IMG/VR virus record: IMGVR_UViG_3300045125_000158
Coordinates: 54,618 to 118,617 of that record
Length of the DNA stretch: 64,000 nucleotides
Reading direction: 5' to 3' (one strand)
Origin: a virus
Position 1 is the stretch's first letter, and every line of letters starts with the position of its first letter. Below, one piece after another: positions 11,920 through 24,553 of the stretch. The notes under the pieces were generated by a model. The model saw only the letters and a program-made list of their open reading frames with translations. It was not told where the DNA came from and ran no database searches. Both the position numbers and the translations under genes were made by a program.

Positions 11920-12339
11920 TTAGCATGGATTATTTTGAGATGTGTTACCAACAATTATTTCCACCGAAGATCCTTGAGAAGTAATGTGAGGAACTTCGAT
12001 AGTAATTTCTTTAGGCGGATTAGTGAGTTCATCAATAACAGCTTCTATGCTATTTACTTTATCTTCAATATTTTTAACCGTTTCTATTTCTTCTGGGTTC
12101 ACTGCTGTTGCGGCTAAAACTATACTAAGAGCAGTGCTATCATAAAACTTTACACCGCCACGAAAACCATCAGGAAAGCCACTGTACGTCCAAATATAAT
12201 TGCCTTGACCAATCTCTACAAAACCAACAGACACAAGAGATCCGACATTCGTGCCAGCAGTATCAAATAATTGTGCTCGCAGAGACAAACCAGTTTTACT
12301 ACTTCCTAAAGTCAATGATATTGAATTTGTATATGCCAT
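11920..12339 (-). CDS. Putative structural protein with one FRGGVKF domain (paralog of 36068..37311)
   Basis: LGSSKTGLSLRAQL...GFVEIGQGNYIWTYSGFPDGFRGGVKFY aligns with two repeats in the 36068..37311 protein. Confidence 0.7.
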   Translation of the reverse strand: MAYTNSISLTLGSSKTGLSLRAQLFDTAGTNVGSLVSVGFVEIGQGNYIWTYSGFPDGFRGGVKFYDSTALSIVLAATAVNPEEIETVKNIEDKVNSIEAVIDELTNPPKEITIEVPHITSQGSSVEIIVGNTSQNNPC

Positions 12340-12439
12340 AATAATGTTTACCGACTTTTTTGTAAAAAACCTTGTCAGTAAATAATATGCGTAATATCCA
12401 ATCTTAAAATAAAGATATAAAATATATTCTTACGCAAAT

Positions 12440-12895
12440 TTATACAGGAATTCTGAATATAATTTGCATACACAGTTTTTGGTTCATATCTTGCATTTGT
12501 TTGGTTGAATTCAAAAACATATTAGAAAGATCAAGCAATTTAGCGTATTCAACGGGATGTGGTGGGTCAATTTTCAAAACCATACAGTCAGCCTGATAAT
12601 CAAGCGTATAATATAAAATATTTTCAGTATTATGCATAAGCCATAGGCTTGCAATATAATGATTATCTTCAACAGTCAAAGAGTTCACATAATCTTGAGT
12701 TATTGGTATGTGTATTTTATATAAAAATTCTGAATTATTTATATTTGTTGATGCAAAAATATTTTCTAATAAAAAATGCGGACATGGCAATTCAACAAAA
12801 ATATCAAAAGTAGGCAATCCTTGTAATCCTGGTGGTAATTGCGTACTTATATAATTTTTACCACCTTGATTATATGAATAAAATATAATATACAT
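12440..12895 (-). CDS. Hypothetical protein
   Basis: 151-aa ORF directly downstream of the tip protein, AT-rich. Confidence 0.6.
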   Translation of the reverse strand: MYIIFYSYNQGGKNYISTQLPPGLQGLPTFDIFVELPCPHFLLENIFASTNINNSEFLYKIHIPITQDYVNSLTVEDNHYIASLWLMHNTENILYYTLDYQADCMVLKIDPPHPVEYAKLLDLSNMFLNSTKQMQDMNQKLCMQIIFRIPV

Positions 12896-12911
12896 GTATT
12901 AATCCTTATTT

Positions 12912-15782
12912 TTACCAGAACTTTAATGTTCTCCACATTTCTTGACCAGTGTGCCTCATAACATATAAATACTCAAGGCCATCCGTAGTAGATACAACTT
13001 CCATACGATTTCCTAATGCTGCCGTGCCATGTGCGTAAGGCGTGGTTGTTGCGGCATTCCAAATAAACTTAGTCAGATCAAGTTCATATATACGACCTGT
13101 GGATTCTTTAGTTGCAAAATAACTATTAGCACCGTCATACGTGAACATGCTACCAGTCGTAAATGTTGTTGTAATAGGAGCTGTAAAAGTAGTCAACTCC
13201 CAAGCATTTTTGGGTATGTCATAGATATCAAGAACGTTGCTTGCGCCGCCACGAGGCGAAATAAGCCATCGCCCTTTCTTCGCTGTGTCAGTCAATCCCC
13301 ATAGCCATGTCACGTCAATACCCGTGCTTCGTATTGGCACTTCATATATTTCATAAACGGTTGACGTATCAGTTGTCGTGCTTGTGACTGTAATTACTGT
13401 TGCAGTGTTGCTTACGACGCTGAATTCAGTTCCTACACCAGTGCCTGCAACTATACGAAGACGTTTACCCGCAAGGTAGTTAGTTGTAAAGTTTTTGTTT
13501 GCGTCAGTAATTGTGGCAACAGCAGTACCACCTGTTGTTACGATACCATAACTGTCTAAAATTTCATATTTACTAGTTGTATCGGGTGTTGCAACGTTCC
13601 ATGACGCAACGGTCAAGGTGGTTGCTGTATTGCCTGTAATTACGACATCGTTTCCAGTGCCGGTACCTGCAATAACACGCACGCGACAGTTGATGTATTG
13701 GTTACGATCCCAACTCTTGGTAGAGTCAACAAGAGTGGTTGCGGTGCCGCTGGTTGGCCAACCGTAAGGTTCTTTACCGTCAATTTTGCTTGTAACCATC
13801 GCTCCAAAACCACGAGTTTCTTGGATAACATAACGGCTTTGACCGTTGGTCATCGCAGTAATCGCGCTTTGCAAAGTAATGGTTGTTGCAGTATTAGCTG
13901 TAATACGGCGGCTGCCAAGAGCTGTGGGCGTTACACCAACAGTTTGTACATATACTAATTTGCCAACGAGTTCGTTGGTGTCCCAGTTTCGCGCAGCATC
14001 CACAATCAACGAAGTGGTCAAACTGTTGGCGGCTGTTGGCGATGCAGTTCCACTTGAGTTGGCAATGCTGAAAGTGGTGAGCGAACCAACGCCAATAATT
14101 CCAAATGTACCATTAAAAGTTGTATCGGTTGCACAACCGGCTATGGTTACGTTCTCACCGTGTCGGAAGTCATGGTTAGTAGCAGTTACAACGTTTCCTA
14201 CTTTGCCAACTGTAATTGTGATGGTGAGCGACGTGCCTGCACCACCAGTTGTAGCACTTGAACCAGCCGAATAACCGCTACCGCTGGCTGCAAGTTGAAG
14301 ACCTGTAACGCCACCCGTATCATTTATGCTGGTTACATATGCCTGACCACCCGTACCAGTGGTGCTAAGAGTAACCAAGTCACCAACCGTATAACCGCTG
14401 CCCGCAGCATTAACTGCTACTGTCAAAACACCAGCAGCAGCATATGTAATACTCGTAACGCCATACGCCTCGTGTGGCGAACCATAACCAGCACCACTTG
14501 ATGAAGCAACGCTAATTTGTCGAGCAATACCATGGTCAAGCATGTGCCCATTCATCCAAATATCTTTTTCAATCGAATATCCCCACATGCACGCAGAACC
14601 GTTACCAACAGAGACGAACCTTGTCGGTATCACCATATATTTCGTAAGTGCTAGTGTTGTCAGGATTAACGTCCCACTTGCGTTCCACATAGAATGTGTC
14701 GGCAGTATGACCAACAATACGACGACGCTGACCAATACCCGTACCGCCTGTAATACGAATTTGATGGTTGGCATAGCGATCAACTTCATATGTTTCGCCA
14801 GTGTCAACAAGCGTCTTGGCACCACCACTGCTTGCGGTCTTGCCGGTCACAAACACGCCGCCCGCTTCGCCGGTACGATCTATACTCATATCCGTACCAA
14901 ATGCAGCCGTTAGATGCACAGGTCCTACTGGAGTTTTAGTCTGCCAAGTATCCATCAAAACGTCATAGTATTGCCAGGAACAGAATGGCGTGGCAGCAGC
15001 ACTGCTAAACAACCATATACCACCGCTTATTATTTGAAAAATACTAGTTCCATCGGGCGTTACACTCCAACTGCTATCAACTGTTAAATCTGTACTTTCA
15101 ATCACAAAATGCGTTTGTGAACCGGCTGTAGTTACGGGAATAGCATACGGAGTAACAGCAGCTGAAGCCTGTGTTGTTGAAAGAATCGATTGCTTGAAAG
15201 TTCGTGTCTGATACAGTGAGGGTTGTTGTATCGTTATAAAGAACTGTACGAACTTGCAACTGACCTGTATTGAACGTAAGACGAACGTTGTACCCGTCCC
15301 ACTGATTTACACGCCATTTCTTTGTGCTATCACCAATTGCTAGAGCCGTGGCTGTTGTTGCAAGACCAAAATCATGAATAACACCATCGCTCACGGCGTT
15401 GATAGTTCGCTCTTGCCCAGCTCCCTTACCTGCAATAATTCTAACTTTCAGACCTTGGCAAAGATTGCTATTCTTACCCAATCCACCAATCGTAAGCGAA
15501 GTACTAGTGGCACTTATAACAGGCCCACGATGGCCACTGTATGCATGCATATTTTGCGGCAACTGCAGTGACCGGAGCAATGTTTGGTGGAGCAACTTCT
15601 TGCCAAGAATCTGAGTAAGTATCATATCGCCACATTGCCTGAGCAATAATATAATACATGTATCGTGCGTTCAAGTCACTACTAACTAGGCAGCTTGTGG
15701 CTGACGTAGCTGTTGGTGCAAAACGCATCCATTCAAAAACTGGCTGGTCAACTTGAGTCTTAAGAAGATTTGTTACTGTCAT
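12912..15782 (-). CDS. Putative fibre-tip/adhesin protein: kelch-like beta-propeller interrupted by Thr-rich ~60-aa repeats (~950 aa)
   Basis: Joined 15504..15782, 15098..15646, 14602..15105 and 12912..14828. Propeller-like blades MWRYDTYSDSWQEVAP, WQYYDVLMDTWQ, WGYSIEKDIW, DIYDIPKNAWE; repeats of T.L.D..K.W..NQ.....VRI..GTG.G....I..NTATT.T. Confidence 0.6.
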
Positions 15783-15794
15783 TTCGAAATCCTA

Positions 15795-16414
15795 TTATGA
15801 GAATGTTAATTTTGATCGTATCGCACTAGCGTAACAGTTGCGAGCATCGTCCACAATACGCCACATTTGATGAACTGGCCCTTCCATAATTAGTGCTGTA
15901 GTTGCTGATGCAACTGTGTATGGGTTGGCTGCAGAGTTGCTTACAATTTGCGTGGCAACTGCATTGCTGACGTTTGCTGTTGCGGTAACTGTGCCCGAAA
16001 CTGGTACAGTGGCGTTGACTTCGGTTGGTGCCGCCAAGTTAGTTCCGATTGCTTCAATCACAACTTTTTGACGCAGACGGTTGTCAACAACAGCATTGCT
16101 TTCAAGTAATTTATTCATTCTGCGCAAAGATCTTGCAAACTTTCTTCACCTGGTAGATCAAGGTATATCTGCAAAACATCACTTGAACTCATAAGAGTAG
16201 TATTATAGTCTAGCGTAAGCACATTGCTTGCAAAACTTACAGCACCTACAGATGAACTTGCAAAATTATAAATTATTGTATTTGCAGTTACATTTGTAAT
16301 CAAAAGAATATTTGCCAAACTTATTGTTTGTGCTAAATTTGAAAAAGTAATAGTTTGCGCAGCTGGGTTAAAAGTATAGGTGCCAGTAACATCATAACCT
16401 AATAATTTTTTCAT
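15795..16414 (-). CDS. Putative fibre adaptor protein
   Basis: MKKLLGYDVTGTYTFNPAAQTITF...ILLITNVTANTIIYNFAS...LTLDYNTT.MSSSDVLQIY, a domain type seen after phage fibre genes; fused to 15795..16127 by an indel near 16125; SD GGAG. Confidence 0.6.
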
Positions 16415-16430
16415 AATACGATCTCCACTA

Positions 16431-19400
16431 TTATAAAGCTATCGACATTGCAATAACAAACGCCTCAGTAGCTCCACCTGCTATTCCTGAGAATCCTGAA
16501 ATACCAGAATATCCTGAATAACCACTGTTGCTTGAATAGCCACTAAGACCAGAATAACCAGAATAACCACTCGTGCTCGAATATCCTGAATAACCAGAGA
16601 TACCACTGTAACCAGAATAACCGCTAAAACCTGATATGCCTGAATATCCTGAATATCCACTTCTGCCCGAATATCCACTATAGCCACTTATGCCTGAATA
16701 TCCGGAATAACCGCTATACGCCTGAATATCCAGAATACCCAGAAACACCTGAATATCCACTATAACCTGAAATTCCGCTGTAGCCAGAATATCCACTATC
16801 GCCAGCTCTTGTAAAACTTACTTCATAAACATCTGATACACTTGGCGATCCAGAGTTGACAACGTTTGTTACAGAAACAATAGCTCCATCAGTCTGCATC
16901 GTAATTGCAGTTATATTAAATATAGAAAACTGTGTTGGGTTAGTGTTTTTTACAAAAGTTAAACTGCCTTTTATTGCATTTGTACTGTCATCCCAAGTAT
17001 TAATCCAGCCTGAAATGTTTCTACTTAAATTATCTGTATAACTAAAATATATAGATGTACAGGTTGACAAGGTATCATTATTTGTATAAAAATATTTTTG
17101 GCGAATAGATGCCTGGAAGATATATAATATATTGGTATGTTGTAGTATTTGCTCCTAAGCCTTTGTATCCACTATATCCAGAGAATCCACTATAACCACT
17201 ATAACCACTATAACCACTAATACCTGAGTATGCACTATAGCCACTAATGCCTGAATAACCAGAATATCCGCTTATTCCACTATATCCTGAATACCCACTT
17301 AAAGATATCAAGCTCCAATAAGTAGGACTTATATCTGGTTGATTTCCTAATTGGAAACTTAAACTTACGTAACTACTTCCATTATAAGTTACAACATCAT
17401 TCTTGTTATATGCAACACCAGAATCCCAGGTGCCTACATAATTAAATCCTAATCCACTATAGCCACTATAACCAGATATTCCACTGTATGCAGAGTATCC
17501 GCTTCTACCTGAATATCCACTATATCCTGATATTCCGGAATATCCAGAGTAACCACTAACTCCAGAATATCCACTATAACCACTTCTGCCAGAATATCCA
17601 GAAATACCACTGTATCCACTATAACCACTAATACCTGATATGCCTGAATATCCTGAATATCCACTCACGCCAGAATATGCACTATACCCACTAATCCCCG
17701 AATATGCTGAATAACCTGACAAACCAGAATAACCAGAGTAACCACTTGGGCCAGAATATCCAGAATAACCGCTTGCTACTATAGCCCGAATAACCACTAG
17801 GTCCTATATACCCAGAATAACCAGATAATCCACTTGCGCCTTGTGAACCCTCGTAGATACCTGTAGACAACATGCTATAGTGATCAGTGCCTTCATAATA
17901 GTAGTAGACAGTAATGTTACTTGAATGGGTTGTTTGCACATAGATTTTTAGAACCAAACGATCGGCTGCGTCAAGATAATAAACACTTGTAAAAGCATAA
18001 TTGCTTATAAATAATTCAGGGTTAGCAAGACTTGTATTTGTTAATTCATCAGAAGTTGTGCTAAAAATAAGCGTTTCGGTTCCACCATTACTTCGTTTAT
18101 AGAGCTTGTAAACAAAAGTTGTTACACCATTAGCACTATCAATTGCATAAAATGTATTGAACCGCCAAACGCCAACAGGTATAGAAGTAATCGCAGGTTG
18201 TCCATAATTAGTTATTAGAGATACTAATAATTTTTGCCCGTCACCCGATGCAACTGTTGTATTATAACTTGTTTCAGCATCAAAATCGGGCACCTTATCC
18301 CATTGATAATAACCACTGACACCATGCGTGGGATCATAAACTAAGTCATCATGATTTGTGGGATAAAATATAACACCAACCGCAGGTAATCCACTAAAGC
18401 CAGAAAAACCGCTTGCACCACTATAGGCGCTATATCCGCTTATACCACTATAAGCAGAATAACCAGATCTACCACTATAGCCACTGTATCCGCTTGTTGA
18501 TGAATAACCTGAATATCCAGAAATTCCTATATAACCGCTATATCCACTAATTCCACTACCGCTATAGCCCGAATATCCACTAGGACCGGTCATAGCAAAA
18601 TTGAAGCCGCACAAGTCCGTATCATCAAGAGCATCAGCTGGTGTTGCCAAAACAGTTACTGATAATTCATAATAAGTTGTACGATCCGTAATCGAATTTA
18701 TTTGAAGATAAGATCTTTCAGTGGCAGCTGATCCTCTTATACTTATGTAGGCTCTACTGGCATACGCTGAATTAAGCATAGTGCTGACTAAGGTATACGC
18801 ATTGTTGCCAGAATAGTCAGTGTAATCTAACCATAGCTTGGTTATTGCAGCCTGATTTGCTGGACTGTCACAGTGAAAACTTTGCGAATCGGGCGCAACA
18901 TTTGTTGACTTTGCTGTATCAAATATATAGAAAAACAAACCACCAACAAGCGCCTACAGCACCAGACGCTCCTGAATAACCACTATAACCAGATGCAGCT
19001 TGAATAACCAGAATAACCGCTAATACCAGAGTAGCCACTGTAACCAGATACTCCGCTATAGGCAGAGTAACCGCTACGACCAGAATATCCCGAATAGCCA
19101 CTTAATCCAGAATACCCACTATAACCAGATGCTGAAGAATATCCACTATAACCACTAAAACTACTGAAACCAGAGTATCCACTTATTCCGGAATATGCAG
19201 AATACCCACTTATTCCGCTATAAGCACTATATCCGCTTACGCCAGAATATCCAGAGTATCCGCTGATTCCAGAATAAGCAGAATATCCACTATTTCCTGA
19301 GTAACCGCTATAGCCACTAAAGCTACTATATCCAGAGAATCCACTTATTCCGGAATATGCAGAATATCCGCTTGTTCCTGAATAACCACTGTAACCACTA

Positions 19401-20053
19401 CCGCTAAATCCTGAAAAACCGCTCAGACCTTCAATGCCCGAATATCCCGACCTACCATTTCCTACTATGGTGAATGCAATTTTGTCATCTGTAGTAAAAG
19501 ACGCATTAAAATAACGATTTATTACTGGCCATGAATAGATAGCATTTACATAGGTAAGTGGCCCTGTAATTTCAAAAATTGCGTTATTATTTTCATTTCC
19601 ATATTTTCGCAAATCTATAAAATCACCAAATTTTATAGTTTGCAGCCAATTTTCGGTACTAATAAATCCAATATTATATGCGCTTACTTGCAACTCTGTT
19701 GCTGAAGAAATGTCAACATTATTCAAATTAACATATCTTTCTGGTGGCGGAGCGGAAACTGTAGAATCCCAATAATAAAGATTTACGTTGCCAACAATAA
19801 TACCATCAACACCAGAATAGCCACTATAGCCTGAACGTCCACTATATCCAGAATAACCACTATAGGCACTATATCCACTATAGGCAGAATATCCGCTATA
19901 CCCAGAAAAACCACTGCTGCCTACCGCTTGAGGCTGGTTTATCCATTTTTGTGTAGCATCATCATAAACAAGGATATCGCCATCAACTGGTGATGACAAA
20001 TTAACGTCGCCCTGTTCTTTAATACCATCAGGTATGCGAAATGCTGAACCCAA
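16431..20053 (-). CDS. SGY-repeat fibre protein 3 (~1,200 aa; collagen-like/low-complexity virion fibre)
   Basis: TTG start with GGAG SD; N-terminal DVNLSSPVDGDILVYDDATQKWIN anchor-type motif; SGY tracts alternate with globular spacers; C-terminal TEAFVIAMSIAL; joins 18983..20053, 17691..18938, 17078..17797, 16714..17070 and 16431..16796. Confidence 0.75.
16490..19920 (-). repeat. Interrupted 9-bp-period tracts encoding (Ser-Gly-Tyr/Ile/Phe)n in fibre 3
   Basis: Degenerate repeats such as ccactatat / ccagaataa / cctgaatat on the + strand; translation SGYSGYSGISGYSAY. Confidence 0.95.
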
Positions 20054-20104
20054 AGTAGATGCTCCATATCATAGTTGCTATGACTATGAATTATTACAAA
20101 AAAT

Positions 20105-20601
20105 TTATACCATGTCCTTGTGCTGTGCCAACAATTTTTCAACTGCATCAACAACTATATTGGGCTCGACAAAATCTACCGTATTGAATTCAACAGCTTC
20201 CCAAAATCCAAATTGATCAGGTCTCAAGTTCTTACGATCTTTCAACAGATTCACATTTTGATCATAACCAAAAATATTCGGATCAGATTTACCGAATATA
20301 ACAACGCCCCTCTTTTGGTAGTATGTAGCAAAGTGCTGAAAAAAGAATCTACAGAAATCCAACAATCTGCGTCATTCAATAATTCACGTAATTCCACCAA
20401 GCTGAGATTAAATTTTAATTCATTAGCGCCAACGTTTGCTTCACCATTTACTCCAATCTGTATAATGTAATATCCTTTAAAACGCAACATATTCACAACT
20501 TCTTTCCAATAAGGATAATTTTTAGGATTTATCTTTTCAGGATCAGTTGGATTTTTCTTTCGCAATTTTTGCGCATATGGGCTTATTATAATTTTTTTCA
20601 T
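20105..20601 (-). CDS. GT9 (heptosyltransferase-like) C-terminal domain protein
   Basis: MKKIIISPYA...KNYPYW..VV...IQIG..GE...LSLVELRELLNDADCWISVDSFFQHFA...GVVIFGKSDP; joins 20251..20607 and 20105..20365; ATGA overlap. Confidence 0.75.
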
Positions 20602-21626
20602 AGCCACTTGCTCCTAAATGCATCTACAAGCTTGCCTTTCCAATTCTTTTCCGTCATAAATTTATAGATATTATGTTCTTCTATTTTATTATCAATCTTT
20701 TGTGCATCGCCAATTGAGATAAGCGGGATATTATCATCAGCAAAAACTTCTGGATATGAAACTGCAAGTATCAAGTTTTTATCGTTATACTTTTCTTTAA
20801 TTTCAGGCAAAATCATCTTAAATGCATAATGATCACCCATACCGCAGTCTAATACAATTATCTTATTTTCCTTGAAGTAGATACCGTATTCTTTTAATTT
20901 ACGTGCGAATATTTTTTCATCATGTTCCCAGAAAAATTCTGATTCATACGATCTGATACCACCGCTAGGTGATCGCAAATGCCAAATAACTGCACTTGAA
21001 TCAACTAGCAACTTATAACCTGCGCGTTTCATTTCATACGTAAACATGGTTTCTTCACGATGACCAACAGGGCTCAACTCCATGCAATAACCATGCTTTG
21101 CCGCCTCTTTACGAAATAAGAAACTATTATTCATGTGATCAACTTCTTGGACGCCACTGAATCTAAACCATTGCAAATTAGGTTTTGTGTAAATATCTTC
21201 TATTTTGCTTGAAGCAATTCCAGTATGTACATGATTTTCACCAGGAACGAGAACAAGGCCGCTAATTGCCCCAACATCATCAGCTATATGACTGACTAAA
21301 ATCTCAAGAACATTTGCTTCTGGTGTATCATCATCATCAACTCGCCAAATCCATTCGGTATTAGCCACATGTATAGCCATCTGGTGATTATGAACTTGTC
21401 CTTTTCTTTTTCCAAAAATACATTCAAACTCTATATTTTTTGTGGCAAATAGAGCGAATATGCTTGCATAAACAGGATCGTTACGCAGATCCTTCTGCTC
21501 GCCATCATCAAACATAAGAACTTTCTTTGGTTTATATGTTTGCTGTGCAATACTTAGCAGGCACATAGGCAGCGTTGTGTTATATCTATTTTTTGTAGAA
21601 ATTTCTACGGTAACATCAATGTGCAT
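20598..21626 (-). CDS. GT2 glycosyltransferase fused to a GT9-like N-terminal half
   Basis: VTVEISTKNR...SIAQQTYKP...FDDG, WIWRVDDD (DxD), HREET; C-terminal IIVLDCGMGDHYAFKMILPEIKEKY resembles the GT9 N-terminal GD motif. Confidence 0.8.
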   Translation of the reverse strand: MHIDVTVEISTKNRYNTTLPMCLLSIAQQTYKPKKVLMFDDGEQKDLRNDPVYASIFALFATKNIEFECIFGKRKGQVHNHQMAIHVANTEWIWRVDDDDTPEANVLEILVSHIADDVGAISGLVLVPGENHVHTGIASSKIEDIYTKPNLQWFRFSGVQEVDHMNNSFLFRKEAAKHGYCMELSPVGHREETMFTYEMKRAGYKLLVDSSAVIWHLRSPSGGIRSYESEFFWEHDEKIFARKLKEYGIYFKENKIIVLDCGMGDHYAFKMILPEIKEKYNDKNLILAVSYPEVFADDNIPLISIGDAQKIDNKIEEHNIYKFMTEKNWKGKLVDAFRSKWL

Positions 21627-22302
21627 CTTTATTAGCCTCGTGTATAAATTCTATTGTTGCTAAATCACCCGAAACTGCATCGCCTTCATAAAATCTTTTA
21701 CCAATCTTATAACCAATAAGATCCATCAACTCAAAAACCTTTTCGTCATTTGTTTCTATAAAAATTGGTGGCCTATATTTTAGTATCGTTCGCATGGCAC
21801 CCAACAATACATTATACTCTGCTCCCTCTACATCTATTTTGATGAGAGTAACATTCTCAATGTTGAAATTATCTAGAGGCATGATATCAACATCATTGCC
21901 GTCAACAACTTTGATCATGCCAGAATTATTTTCTTTTGGCTCTATAATCTTGCATTTACCTCTGATTGCTCCCAAGGCGCAGTTATATGCAATTACTTTT
22001 TGATCTGCGATATTTTTCTTGAGCAAATTGTAATTAGCTACATAAGGCTCAAAACAATAAATAAGTTCATGTTCGAGAAAGTTAGTAAAATATTTTGCAT
22101 GATTACCTATATTTGCCCCAACATCAACTATTGTATTATGTTTTGGATACATTTTCTTTATATATCGCAAAACATAAAATTCATAGAACTCTTTGTTTAT
22201 TTGTAAGATATTAGAAATATATTCGGGTTGATCATAAATGTTTATTGCTATTGTTCTATTTTCTTCAAATATACTTATTTCTTTAGTTGCGGCAAGATTC
22301 AT
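21616..22302 (-). CDS. FkbM-family SAM methyltransferase
   Basis: VDVGANIGNH, CFEP, ALG, LIKIDVEGAEYNVLLGA..TI...RPPIFIE; SD GGAGG and ATGA overlap. Confidence 0.9.
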   Translation of the reverse strand: MNLAATKEISIFEENRTIAINIYDQPEYISNILQINKEFYEFYVLRYIKKMYPKHNTIVDVGANIGNHAKYFTNFLEHELIYCFEPYVANYNLLKKNIADQKVIAYNCALGAIRGKCKIIEPKENNSGMIKVVDGNDVDIMPLDNFNIENVTLIKIDVEGAEYNVLLGAMRTILKYRPPIFIETNDEKVFELMDLIGYKIGKRFYEGDAVSGDLATIEFIHEANKDAH

Positions 22303-23035
22303 TTTTCCTCCATCATGCAATTTCTTGCAATTTGATTTGCTTTAAATAAGCTCTCAAAAGTACCTGCGTCAGTCCATTCATCGGTCAAAAATTCGTAACT
22401 CATCAAAGATTCATCAATATAAAGATTATTCACATCTGTAATTTCTAGTTCATTTCTTTTACTCGGCTTGATTTGCTTGATACGATCAAATACGCTATTG
22501 TCATACAAATACATACCAGTAACAGCAAAATTACTCTTGGGCTTTTTTAGGCTTTTCTTCAATTCCCACCAACTTTCCATCAATTATATTAGCAACTCCA
22601 AATCTTTCTGGATTATCAGTTTTGCTAAGGAAAACTTTTGCACCCGAATTAAAATTTGCAACGGATGATGCATTGAATTTCTGCGCTAAAAATATTATCG
22701 CCCAAAATAACGTTAACATTTGAGCCACAAGAAAAATTTTCTGCTAGGCTTAACGCTTGAGCTATACCACCAGCCTCATCTTGTACTTTATATGAAAATT
22801 CCACATTATATTCTTTACCACTACCAAGCAATTGAGATATGTGTCCGCAGAAGTCAATACTAGTCACAATCAAAATTTCTTTAATCCCTAAATCAATGAG
22901 TGTACTCAATGGATAGAATATCATTGGCTTATTATATATTGGCAACAGGTGCTTATTTGTAACACGAGTAAGTTGACCAAGACGAGATCCAGTTCCACCA
23001 GCAAGCAAAACGCCTTTGATATAATTTTCTTTCAT
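22299..23035 (-). CDS. rmlA: Glucose-1-phosphate thymidylyltransferase (short RmlA/SpsI type)
   Basis: KGVLLAGGTGSRL..LTRVTNKHLLPIYNKPMI.YPL, GGIAQAL, ILGDNIF, PERFGVA, IEEKP, AVTGMYLYD, PSKRNELEITD, WTDAGTFESL; three fragments. Confidence 0.9.
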
Positions 23036-23059
23036 TAAATACACCTCAGATTAACTTTC

Positions 23060-23872
23060 TTATTGACAATAATTGAATACACATCTTTCCATAGCATCAA
23101 TTGCCGAAGGCATATAAATACCCATATTGTCTAATTTTTGCACACTCAGCACACAGTTTGATCTACGAACTAATGTCATTTTATCGAGTTCATTTTCTTG
23201 TATAAGTTGATAATCCAACTTTTTGCCGGATATCTTTTCATAATGCTGCAGAATACGACCATGCGTTATGCCACCACGATTTACTACGTTATAAATTCCT
23301 ACAGCATTCTTCTGCAACAATGCCTCTGTAGCTACTAAAAGATCAGGTACATAAGTTATTGAATTGCTTGCTTCAACAATCTTGTTATAATTTAATAGTT
23401 TTGATAATAAATTTCGCGAATTTCTATTATGATGAAATGGCATACGAATTCTTAGTTGCAAAACAGGCAGAATCTTTTAAATACCTTTCGGATACAATTT
23501 TTGTCCATGCATAATAATTACCATCCCAATTAGGAATATCTTCTTCAGAATAACCTTTTCCATCATTATCGCCTTGATATGTGCATCCACTACCAATATG
23601 CACCATTTTGGCATTATATTCTTTACATGAATTGTAGATGATAGTTGGTAATACTACATTAGCAAAAAAGTATCTTCTTTGTTGCTTTCGCACCAATCAA
23701 TATTTGGTCTACCAGTTTTGCCTGCACAATTGATAACTACATCTGGTTGATAATAATTAAGTAAATCATCCATCTGCTCTTGCGTCATTATTTTATAAGT
23801 GTAACAATAACAATTAAAGTATTTGCTATACTCTTGACCTAAAAAACCGTTACCAACAATAAGATGCTTCAT
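23060..23872 (-). CDS. NDP-4-keto-6-deoxyglucose 3,5-epimerase/4-reductase (NRS/ER type; RmlD-like SDR)
   Basis: GNGFLG, INCAGKTGRPNIDWCE, HIGSGCTY, YAWTK (YxxxK), LRIRMP, RNLLSKLL.Y, NSIT; three fragments joined. Confidence 0.8.
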
Positions 23873-23879
23873 TATTACC

Positions 23880-24553
23880 TCATTTTTTCTTCACAATCGC
23901 TGTGATACTTCTGCTGTCTCCACGTACATCGAACACTTCTATTTTATCGGTATTGGTAGCAATATAATTCACGTTTTCCGGCGATAGGTAGATTGTCTGT
24001 AAAAACTTTTGGTCTGCATATCTTTTTATTACGTTATATACGGTGAATTCGTAATCCGGAGTAATTTTATGATAAGCCATATGATTAGGCCATAACTACC
24101 TAATGAGGCATGTAAGTCTTCTATGATGTAGTAACCACCTTTTTTAAGATACTTAAAAAATATACCCCAAGTTATTTGCGTATGTATAGTATCATGTCCG
24201 CCATCATCTATGATAATATCAAAATTACCACCATACATTTCTACGAATAATTTGATTTTTTCCTCATCTATTTGGCTACAATTAAAGCTACTAATTCTAT
24301 CTTCATGTACCAAAAATTCGGGTACATAATCTATTCCAAAAATTGCCGCATAAGGAAAATATTCTTTCCACATACGTAGGGAAGCACCTTTAAAAATTCC
24401 AATTTCAAGAACTCGCCGTACTTTGTGTCTAGATTCGTAGAATATATTATTATATATAGATGCAAAATTATGCGGCAAAAAATTAGGGTCATGTTGATAT
24501 ATACTACCTTTGTCAGAGCCATATTTGTCAGCCAATTCCGTAAGAAGATCCAT
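23880..24553 (-). CDS. Class I SAM-dependent (sugar) O-methyltransferase, MycE/TylE-like
   Basis: KYGSDKG, VLEIGIFKGASLRMWKEYFP, IFGID, FDIIIDDGGH, LKKGGYYIIEDL; starts at a TAATG overlap; joins 24029..24571 and 23880..24080. Confidence 0.8.
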
